64,000 nucleotides of DNA from Massalongia carnosa (Eukaryota). The stretch is from contig OZ287070.1 of the NCBI GenBank assembly GCA_965645245.1, forward strand, positions 2,480,001-2,544,000. The letters run 5' to 3'. Position 1 is the stretch's first letter, and every line of letters begins with the position of its first letter. Below are positions 52,801 to 61,699 of the stretch, piece by piece. The notes under the pieces were generated by a model. The model saw only the letters and a program-made list of their open reading frames with translations. It did no database searches and was not told the DNA's origin. The translations under genes were made by a program, and so were the position numbers.

Positions 52801-54125
52801 TCGAGGGCCACATGAGATGTGTGGAGGAAGTACGCCCGTCCCCTAAGAATTCCGGTAGCGACCAAAGTACCATCCCTGAAAATCTCGACACCTCTCCGGT
52901 TAAATGAAACGTTCAAACCCTTCCGATTAAGGGCTGCAATTGATAGCAAGTTGACGTCTAGTTCAGGCACGAATAGAACGTTTGTCATCCGGATATTTTT
53001 CCCATCGATATTGGTGCAAATCGTACCTACTCCTACGGAGAAGAGTTTTTCGCCGTTTGCAATTCTAATGGTGGTCCGGTATGGCTTGATTTGGGTGAAG
53101 ATCGATTTGTTGTATGTCATATGCCTGGAGGCTCCTGAGTCGATTACCCATCCAGGTGAGTGTTGATCATCTTGCGCCATCCACGCACTATTCTCACTAT
53201 CACTATTCGATTCATCCTTTGCTGCTCGTGCTGCCCCCCTTCCTCTCGGTTTGTTTTTGGACTGCTTGTTATCACTCTTTGGTTTTCGGTTATTTTCTGG
53301 TCTAGGTTTCACCTCATTAGGGTGTTCTTTGACCCATTTTTTACCTTCATCTGTGTTGTCCTGCCAGTCCCAGCAATCATTGCTATTATGCCTCTTTGGG
53401 CAATGTGAGCATTTGGGGATTGCCTTACCCTTGTTAATGGCCTTATTGGCCGTCTCGGTCTCTTGCCCATCTTTTAGTCGTTGCTCCACCCGTTTTAGGC
53501 TTTCCAGAGTCTTTTCTAATGTGGGATCACCAAGGTCTTCAAGGATGAACTTCGCGGTGTCATAAGCTGGGTCCTTAATGGCGTTCATGAGGGTCATGGC
53601 CACAGACAGATCTGATGGCTGTTCTGAAGTCTTTATATCTGCGATTTCCATCGCAAGGTTCTGCAATTCATTGGCGACATCATCGATGGGTTGATCGACT
53701 GACATTTCATATGTATAGAATTTTCTGTGAAGCACACATATTCTGCTTTTGGCTTTGACTCCATGGACGTTCCTCAATGCTGCCCAAACATCCTTTGCGG
53801 TCTCCTTGTTCCTAACAGTGACATATTGAGACTTTTCTATATTGCCCCTGATCCAGAGCTGTGCCTGAGTGTCATCAGTAAACCATTCCTCATAGTCTTT
53901 TGGATGGGTGACAGGGTCTGGAGAAGAAATGGCCCCGTTTACTATCCTCCACATCCTTTTAGATTTGAGAAGAAGTTGCATGTCATCGGCCCAGGTCAGA
54001 TAGTTGTTGGACCCAAGCTTCGGCTCTACTTTATAGTCTCCTTTTCGAATGGCTTTTGAATATGATCCATCAGGGGTTGTGCCCTCTTTCGCGGGAGCTG
54101 CGGAATCGCTCTCTTTTCCAGACAT
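49839..54125 (-). CDS. Copia gag-pol polyprotein, 1428 aa
   Basis: Gag NYLTW and Zn knuckle CSHCPKRHNSNDC; protease WVIDSGASRHM; WHTRLGH; integrase HTDVWGP/ADNAKEY/NGVAERFNRT; RT YKARLVARGFKQ, LYGLKQS, YVDD; RNase H YADAAY, SKHMDIQLH, ADIFTKPL. Confidence 0.97.
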   Translation of the reverse strand: MSGKESDSAAPAKEGTTPDGSYSKAIRKGDYKVEPKLGSNNYLTWADDMQLLLKSKRMWRIVNGAISSPDPVTHPKDYEEWFTDDTQAQLWIRGNIEKSQYVTVRNKETAKDVWAALRNVHGVKAKSRICVLHRKFYTYEMSVDQPIDDVANELQNLAMEIADIKTSEQPSDLSVAMTLMNAIKDPAYDTAKFILEDLGDPTLEKTLESLKRVEQRLKDGQETETANKAINKGKAIPKCSHCPKRHNSNDCWDWQDNTDEGKKWVKEHPNEVKPRPENNRKPKSDNKQSKNKPRGRGAARAAKDESNSDSENSAWMAQDDQHSPGWVIDSGASRHMTYNKSIFTQIKPYRTTIRIANGEKLFSVGVGTICTNIDGKNIRMTNVLFVPELDVNLLSIAALNRKGLNVSFNRRGVEIFRDGTLVATGILRGRAYFLHTSHVALEAHDENDDLDGPEPPANLKSTTYLTSLSSGEIQPKTPPPITPDCIDSDPVGAPKETTNEATNEAQYWLWHTRLGHPNDIRLQQATGKKFSKAILDLPCQICNLTKMTRTISKIPFSKANRPLDRIHTDVWGPYKKASLGGHTYFVSLIDDYTRKSWLFCMKSRADIYRIIKDWKAMVELEKGLKIIRFRADNAKEYKYLAEQLQPLGIRMEPTTAYTPQQNGVAERFNRTIVQMVRSMLVWAKLPQSFWGEAAVAANHLRNFLPTTNTTSPNESWTGLRPNINTLRTFGCVSFVHVPKEKRSKLDNVSYQAIFTGYHSSNQYRLYNVETKKVEIQTSIKFDEKRPGGSLLTKGLSSPSVVLNDDDSSDDNESSPPTNHPTTDQVGVPTNGDQHQGDGIQHQDDDAGAQDNLHQDDAGAQHQNNQTQETNRTPSSSPTRRSNRRKDVYNRYEFDNSYGNKKDRDRANIAKQPSKVYEPQSYNQAMQCTDHRKWKIAIQDELNALAANNTWKYVERPADKNIITARWVFKVKYTPTNHVDRYKARLVARGFKQIPGTDYGDTFSPTLRYESLRMLLYFACKYNFHIEQMDAPNAYLQSSLDDEIYMEPPQGLVLPPHLTNHVLRVLKGLYGLKQSGRGWNKKITNYLTSIGFKALSGDNCVFVNHTTHVIISLYVDDFLIFSKSMTAIKELKSLLIKEYNMKDLGPAKFILGIRIRREKDKIMIDQSSYIRSFLQKYKMDKANSVLTPMINYDACSPAIVNEPRTNQLEYQERIGSLMFLMINTRPDIAQAVGKLSQYTHDPAIRHRNAVDHLMKYLNGTTNLALTYEPNDTGPTSYADAAYGDNHDRKSSYGHVLMLGNGAVIWASKRQRSVVTSTMEAEYSSMCQASKDIVWATRWFGELNFSKDMNLPIILNGDNQGTLDLIKNPEHHSRSKHMDIQLHYLREVVEDNYATIQHVSTHDMVADIFTKPLAAPIFRKLREKLGLREA

Positions 54126-54234
54126 GGTCCAATAATAGGAGAACTGATGGATGGAACGAAGAGAAGTATGGCTTCGTAACTTTGAAAAACAACAGAATAG
54201 ATAGATTAATTTATGCGGAAGAAAAAATTGCTTT

Positions 54235-54248
54235 CCGGGCTCATAACC
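54235..54248 (-). other. Primer-binding site complementary to the anticodon arm of initiator tRNA-Met
   Basis: Element-sense GGTTATGAGCCCGG directly abuts the 5' LTR. The plus strand reads CCGGGCTCATAACC, the tRNAi-Met anticodon stem-loop with CAT anticodon. Confidence 0.85.
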
Positions 54249-54588
54249 TATTGTAATTGAAGCTCTGCTGGCATAGTAAAAAGCTCACTTTTGAAACGAT
54301 TGATCTTTCTATCTACCTATCTAAGGACCGTGTTTATATAGATAGAAAAACATGCCGAAAACCATTCTCCCTATGACTCACCTTCCTGCTTCCTAGAAAT
54401 CTAAGATTGGTGATTGACTCATATCCAATTTATGACTCGATGGGAATGTTCATAGAAGTTTTTGCGGTGCTTCTCGAGGTCGTTATGTGTTGCCTAATGT
54501 TCTTACCAACGCACTAATCCCAATGCGGTACTATGTGACTCTGAACACTTTACTAGGCATCAGCCGGGTGACTTTGCACATTACAACA
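54249..54588 (-). repeat. 5' LTR (340 bp)
   Basis: Direct repeat of 49381-49720; element-sense ends TGTTGTAAT...ATTACAATA. Confidence 0.95.
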
Positions 54589-56733
54589 CCTCGGAAAAAC
54601 CATAAAGCTAGGGAGAAATAACTAAGATGTTTGCCTCGATTTTCAACAACACAACAGACGACAGCAATTCCCTATGGGGTGAGCATGAGCAGGGGAATAA
54701 AATCTTAGAGGCTGTAAATCTCTCGTAAGAGGCGAGTACCAAGCATAGTTCACTCAAGTCATTTGACTTAATTGGCTTATTCTCTGATCAACGTTTATAG
54801 CTGGGGATAGCTTGGTTCCAAGAATGTAGATCATCCCTGAAATGAGCAATTTCGTGCGCTTAGAAACCTTCAACATCAATCTCGTTACTTAGATAGACAA
54901 GTTTGTATTTGCTTGTTCACACGAGACAGGATCGGAAGGCCTTCTGCAGTGCCATAAGAATATAATGACATTCTTGTTCCCTCAGTGAATGGCCCCGAAA
55001 AGATTAAGCCCAAGGGCTAGCCCATTCGGCGTTTATGGGGGTCCATTCAAAGTTATGAATACCGTATGAATTGTATAAGTGCAGCAACGATACTTTGCTT
55101 TTTTATATCTACCCTTCGTAATCATAATTACCATGCACCGATTATTCACGCTACGGTGTAGAAGTAAGCCTGCAGACCGAAAGACAGTCAACAGTCGAGC
55201 CCATATGGTCTAGTTTTCAGTTTATGCTCGGTTGGTTATTAAAATCCAAAGCGAAAAACGAGAAGACAGCGGAGACAGCGAGATGAAGACAGTTGAATCA
55301 TCTCAAAAATCCGCGAAATCCACTAGGATGATAGATCAGTGTCAAAACTGAACGAAAACGACAATGCAAATCGTGTACAGTACAGACCAGCTGTGGCAAT
55401 GGCAATGGTAAAGAAACGCTAAAAACACGATAAAGACACGTTGCGCATGCAGTACAGAAAGCCACGGAGCAAGAGGGCACTGAAGCGTTATATGTCTCCA
55501 CCCCCTAAAACAACTCCAAAGCAAGACGCAATGCTCCAGATGACTCCTTGTGCCGTAAGTTTTGAGGGGCAATATCTGTTTTATCGTCAGCTTTCGTCTA
55601 AAACTCGTGTGGGATTTTGGAGAATCATATAGATCACCTGCGGCATGAACATATCCAGCCCAGAATATTCAGCTGCCCATCAATATCGAGAGAAGAAGGA
55701 GGACACCATGACAAAGACCACGGTTATTGAGACTGACTTTGAGATGTACGAGTCCCTAGGATCCGAGCCCCCAATATAAATGGCGCGGACGATTGCTATG
55801 ATGGAAGTGATGATGAAGAAGGAGCCAGGCCCCGATATTGCAAATCATTTGATAGTTATCCTGAAAGAACTGCCGTCTCGTAACAAAACCGAAGACACAC
55901 GGCTGCCGGAAAGAGCCGATAAGGGCCAGTTAGGGAATTTCGGTGGATGCTTTGGAGGAGCCGCCCTCTGGCTTACAGGCACAACCTGGAATTCACATGC
56001 AGCATTCGAACCTTGCCGTAACATGCCAAGTCCATGCTTCTTGGGCAAAAAGGCCAAGATGAACGAGCATACAGGTCCTCGACTAAAGGGAGCATAGCCG
56101 ACGGGGCAAAAGCACAGGCGATGGTGATCGGTTCTTGCTCTCAACCAATTCATGATGGGGTAGAACTATTGGTGAGGAGTTCACGTCTAGATATGTTGTG
56201 TTGTGTGCTCGGCACAATGCCTGAACGGGCTAAGCGCCAGGACTGTTTTTGGGTGTTCTCGACTTCCTTATCCCGTCGCCTGAATCCAGAGTTGAACGGC
56301 ATTGTCATTTTTCGATGCTTTTCGCCCCCCGTGCATGATGCATCCATGTTGCCGAATCGGTAGCCACCCGTTCAATCTAATCGGACTAGGAGTAGTGATC
56401 AAAGTACTCTGTACAGAGTAGTGGCGGCAACAAAAGACGCATAGTGTGCCTTCCCCTTCAGCGTACAGAGTAGTTAAGCCCTGTTTTCCAATCCTAAAAG
56501 GGGTTAACTACTCAGTTAGACAAGGCCTTATGCAGGGGTACCTCGAGTTTCTTGCTGGACGCTGGTTGTATCCGTTAGAGAGGGTTACTATGTACAAGTA
56601 ACTTATCATACTACAGAGTAGTACAGCAAAGAACACCTCAAATCCGTCCATAACAAGTTCTTGCGCATTTCTTTACCTCATACGTTCATTTGATGCTGTT
56701 TTTTTTTATTCATACTAACTCCTACGATCGACT

Positions 56734-57732
56734 ATGGCTGCTCAAGCATATGGGGATGTATCGTTCGAAGGAGTGCTTGTTTATGCAGACGACTTTGAAG
56801 GGAAATGGGAGAGCCTAGAAGATATTCATGCTGAAGGATGGCCTTTCGATTCATTGAAGTACCACAGCGAATGCATCATCGATGACGAAGCAATCACCTT
56901 AACCGCACTATGCTACGAGCCATGACTTAGCCTTGGATACCGAGGATCATTGAAGGATTCGGTTCTCAAAGAAAGAGCTAGCTTTCGCTGACGTTGAACC
57001 ATATGTAACAAGCTCTGAGAATACTGTAGGCGAAGTTCAGCCAGCTTATATAACAATACGCTTCCAGCCCCATCTTTCCAGTACGTAAATATTGCGGTTG
57101 AGAATTTCTATGGATCACAGGGTTGGTCCACTCGGCTCCCCGAAGATGCTACTTGGAGAGCATTCTTCCTCTGCTCCGAAAGATTCGCTGTGGCATCGAT
57201 TAGCCTCCCTCACTTGATGCTTGATGTACGGCGCCATTAAGAGATCGATCTAATATGAAACATAGTCATCCTGTGGCGTTCAACATTTGGCAAATCTCGT
57301 ATGTGGGAAATCGTTCATCATAGATTTCGTTTTGTCGAAACTCCTCTTCATCCATCCTGGTTTTTGTAAAAGCTTGATGGGTTAAGTCTGTGCGGGATAG
57401 GAGTCTTTGGGCAGTTGATATCTCGAACGCTTGAGCCTTTTAAACCTTCCCTCGGAGCTCTATTGCCATGTTATAGCGAAGTTCTGGTTCGGGACGCTAA
57501 GGTACTCGTGCACGAAGAACCTTTACCTTTGACCTCAGAATGGTAGGAACGGTTCATCCAAACGGCTACAATGGGCGACTGTTGACAAGCATATGCTGAA
57601 TCTCGGTCTAAGTTATACAGTGACAACAGATTCTATGTTCAAACCCACCGGAATCTTGCGGCTCTATGTCAACAATTCATATTGATGAAGTTCCTCTGCA
57701 TTGATTACCTTCATGTTCACCACTTACAATAG
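56734..57732 (+). pseudogene. Possible decayed gene of unknown family
   Basis: ATG ORF 56734-56925 continues in the same frame as protein-like sequence (e.g. EDATWRAFFLCSERF, GIGVFGQLISRTLEPF) with about 9 internal stops. No recognised domain. Confidence 0.3.
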
Positions 57733-57908
57733 CAGTCGTAACGATGATCTTTTTAGAGAGGTGAATAGAATATGTATTTGATTTCCTCAACGTCGCAAGG
57801 AATGACTAGGATTCATTGGTTTGGTGCGTTTGTCGACCTATAACGTCCTCGAAGAGCCTCGTCTCCGATCTTTTTTTCAATTTTGATGCATGCGGAATTT
57901 TTCTGTTC

Positions 57909-58002
57909 CGTATCGATATGTCGTATCGATATGTCGTATCGATATGTCGTATCGATATGTCGTATCGATATGTCGTATCGATATGTCGTATCGATATGTC
58001 GT
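57909..58002. repeat. Perfect 13-bp minisatellite (CGTATCGATATGT) x7
   Basis: Seven identical contiguous units plus CGT, with no spacers. Confidence 0.95.
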
Positions 58003-58936
58003 TCAATGAAATACGTATGCTATTTTCTTCTTCACACGAAAAGAGCTTTCTGGGTTTCCACTGATTCGAAAACACACGGTTGGAATATAATGATAATAGA
58101 ACTTATTACTCTGCCGTTGCATTCAGAAGCCTCTATATACGGATACTATACCTCATCTCTTCCCAAAAAATCTCGCAATCCCACCTTCATAAACCACCTT
58201 ATCCCAATGCCTCCCATATCGACGAAGACTTTTTCCAACTCTCCCCTAATCCATATCTCGCCAACTCGCCAGTCCCCGAGATACATGAGCCCCTCCCCGC
58301 ACTTCCTATAGCTAACCGGGCGGGAAGTGTTTCTGCTAGTCGCCACGCGCAGGAGCCAACCCACAGAGCGGGCGCCGATCGGGTAGGATGAGGAGGAGCA
58401 GGGTTAGACAGAGCAAGAAGAAGAGCAAAACGGGCAGGGAGAAAATCAGCTCGCACCTGAAACATCGATTCCCCGTATCGGTATCTTTGCTTCAAACCCA
58501 GCTTTCTGATGGCACGCATCACAAAAAAAAAACAAAATGCGGGACTTGGGGGAAGGAGGAGGAGATATCCGCGGACAACTCATTATCCTTCGCATCAGAA
58601 CAATCGTAATGAAAAGCAGCAAACGTAGGCTTCCTTAAATTCTATGTATGGCGATAAGTCTTTCCCTCCCGAGTGACGGTGGCGAGACCCAAGGTCCAGT
58701 CCGGCATTGTTATTATAGCCGATGGATTGCGAAAATCGCTTTCAGGGGGTTTGGGTAGGCTGGATGGGGGAAATGTAGAATCCAGAATGCAAACAAATAG
58801 ATCGTACGCGGCAGTGGTATAACTTCGATTTGGAATTAACGGGACCTCAAAGTTTCTGTTTATCTTCTCTAGTCCAAACACACCCCTTTTGCCCCTCTCA
58901 TCTCAGCCACTCGACCCCCTACCCCCTATCAGTTCC

Positions 58937-59445
58937 TCATCTCCCCAACTTCGTCCCATTTCCCTTCCCCTCCCCCACATCACAGATCTCGTCCCAATGC
59001 CCAAACCGCGAAGTCGGATCCTCGTCCAGCTGGTCCTCCCGCACAGGGCGCCCGTAGAAGCTGCACAGCTCGAAGTCGGCGGCCCACGACACGGCGCGGC
59101 AAGTGGCGTTGCGCCGGCACGCCCCCACGCACTCGGCCAGGCACACGCGTCCGGGTGGGAACACGCCCAGGTCGTGGTCGCCGGGCCTGGAGGTGAAGCC
59201 CAACGTGCCGCAGACGGGATAGGTGGTTACTCCTAGAAAGCGGAGGGTTATTAGGGTGAGGGTTTAGGGGATTTTTTAGGGAGATTGGGCAAGTATGATT
59301 TTGATAGGGAGATGGAGTACATACTGTTCGGCGGCGGAGACGGGGAGATGTCGACTGCGTCCGAGGGAGTCTCGAGCGGGATGGCGGGAATGGCGCTGGC
59401 GAAAGAATGGCATAGGGCGGCGACGAGGAGCATGATGAAATGCAT
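58937..59445 (-). CDS. Small secreted cysteine-rich protein with a PAN/apple-like domain, 138 aa, exons 59445-59325 and 59232-58937
   Basis: Signal peptide MHFIMLLVAALCHSFASA. A GTATGT...CTAAT...TAG intron joins it in frame to VCGTLG...CLAECVGACRRNATCRAVSW...LCSFY...WDEIC. Confidence 0.75.
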
Positions 59446-59488
59446 CGTGGAAGGTTATTGGGGGTGAGATAAGAAGCGGGGAGGACTG

Positions 59489-59504
59489 TGTTGTTGTTGT
59501 TGTT

Positions 59505-59579
<75 letters not shown>

Positions 59580-59631
59580 ATTGTTGTTGTTGTTAGTGTG
59601 GTGGTGGTGATGGTGGTGGTGGTGGTGGTGA
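59489..59631. repeat. (TTG)~35 followed by (GTG)n microsatellite
   Basis: Long trinucleotide run with two TTA interruptions, starting about 44 bp upstream of the ATG at 59445. Confidence 0.95.
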
Positions 59632-61699
59632 TAATGGTAGTTTTTACGAAGCCGAGAGAAGTCGAGAATACCTAGTTATGAGAGATGGTTGTCCCTCAAT
59701 TGAGTGGGCCTGGCTTTCTTTTTATTTAATGATTGAGTTATGAGCAAGCAAGGAAAGAGGGAAGACATGTAAGCCGGTGGCTGACTAGGTAGCCAAGTAA
59801 CTTCGGCAAGGAGGAACAAACAAAACGTACGGACAGCGTTGGGAACAGTATGTATGTATGACCTCATACCTATTTATTTCGTACCTCTACTCTATCCGCT
59901 GGAGGGAAGGAAAAGTGCCCCTGCCCAGCACTAGTCTAGTCAGTTAAAGTTAGTCTAACATACCAAGATATATCAGTCGCACACGTGACGTTTCCGAAAA
60001 CCAGTTCCCGGAGTCATACAGGGATTCATATCGAGATAATTATGAAACGAAGAATGCAAAACCTTGCACGAGAGCCGACACGCTGGGACTTATGTGTAAC
60101 TCTGTATATGTGTACATCAATACCGGTGGGTTCGGTACAGAGGAGTTATGTTGTCGACGCAAGCCGGAAATTTCGGAGAGGATGTGCGACGGAGTACTCA
60201 TGGTAGAGAGTGTAATTACGGAAGGAGAAGGGCATGCTTGTACTCCGTACGCTAGACGAAATCCTCTACTCTGTGTACCTGCATGGTTGGGTGCCTGGTA
60301 TCACGGATAGATGGTTGGGATGATTTGTTCCGGCTGGATTGAATGGACGAACGAATGGATAAACGTGCGGGGAGTAGAGTACAATACCTGCATGTACTTT
60401 GGGGAGTGGGGAAGAAGGGTGATAATTCCAACGCACCTCTCATTCTCTCTACCCTCTTTATTTTTACCTAGCTACCTACCTACCTACCAATATACATCTC
60501 TATACATGGCTCTGCTCGCGACGAGAGAGAAAGAAAAGAAACCAAACGGGAAACGGGAAACGCAAAACGCAGAGTGGATAAGTTTACTCTCATGTCAAGT
60601 ATCCGTTTCCCCCACCTATCCGCTTCCGTTTCCGTATCCGTTCATCAAGGGGTCTCTTTTGCCTCGCCTGTTACTGTATACTGTCAAGGGGAACCGAAAC
60701 AGCAGGAAAGTCCCCTCCTCTCACCCTCGAGGGAGTGTGCAGATTGATTGCAAGCAAAGGAGCGGAAAGGAACGGAACGGAAAAAAGGACATCGGAGGAT
60801 TGATTGTCCATCTAGTTGCTGAGCTATGAGAGAGGGTACTGAAGCTCAAATGGGGGTACCGTGTGGAGCAACCCGAGGTATGCACTGTAACTAGCTAGGT
60901 ATCTTACATGCCTATATGCCGTAGGTAGGTTGCCTGCCTGTTCACTTACTTTACATACCCAGCTTGATTAACGACCGAGATCAAAAGAATTGAACCGACC
61001 GACCGACCTGCCTGCCTGACACGCTAGAGTCGATAATCCTGAACAATCTCGCAAACGGGAAAGTTTCACCCCGCGAATAGAAAGGAAAAAGCAACCCAAC
61101 AACGCCGGATGATGCCTAGTTATATGACTAGTTTCGTGATATCTTTGTATAGTGAACTGTGTTTCAGCATGCCATTCCTGTAAGATGTGGTTTTTTTTTG
61201 TGGTTAGGTACTGATTGGGTACGTAGATTGGTCGGCAGATATAGTATGCATATATGACTAGATGTAGCTGTAGCTATGATAGAGTAAAGTAAAGTAAGTA
61301 TATGAACGACTTGATCCGTTAAGTGCGTTGAGGGGTTTGGGAGGAGGGTAGTGTGGTCCATCTAGGGATGAAGGTATGTAAATTAATTAGTAGTTTATAT
61401 CAAACAAACAACGGTTGCTGTTTTCGGGAGTTCAATTGCTGATGTTCTAGGTCGAAAGTTGTCAACTCACGCCGCATCCGGCTTGGGGTTCTTTGTAGCA
61501 GGTAGTGGATTCAACACGGGGTCACAAAGCCTGGATGGCTATATGCTCTCAATCTCTCCTAGCACCAATGAATCGAGTAATTAAAAGGTTTTTATTCTTT
61601 AAAACGAAAGAAAAGAAGAAGAAAAAAACAGCCGTCGCGAAGCTTTTGGACCGCCTTAAATTCCCAATTCATCGTCATAACCAATCTCTAGCTAGGAAT

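Larger units (their letters stand above)
49381..54588 (-). mobile_element. Full-length Ty1/copia LTR retrotransposon (5208 bp) with 5-bp target-site duplication CCTCG
   Basis: Two 340-bp LTRs, CCTCG at 49376-49380 and 54589-54593, PBS at 54235-54248, purine-rich tract GCAGTGGGAG at 49721-49730 (minus strand), and a single gag-pol ORF in copia order. Confidence 0.97.

Noticed and set aside
49384..54585. Canonical TG...CA LTR boundaries 3 bp inside each end
   Set aside because: They give no target-site duplication, and LTR identity extends 3 bp further; CCTCG fits only 49381/54588.
55780..56363. Cluster of ~100-aa ORFs on both strands
   Set aside because: No motif, consistent strand or splice model found.
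57909..58002. CRISPR-like array
   Set aside because: Units are contiguous with no spacers, there are no cas genes, and the context is eukaryotic.
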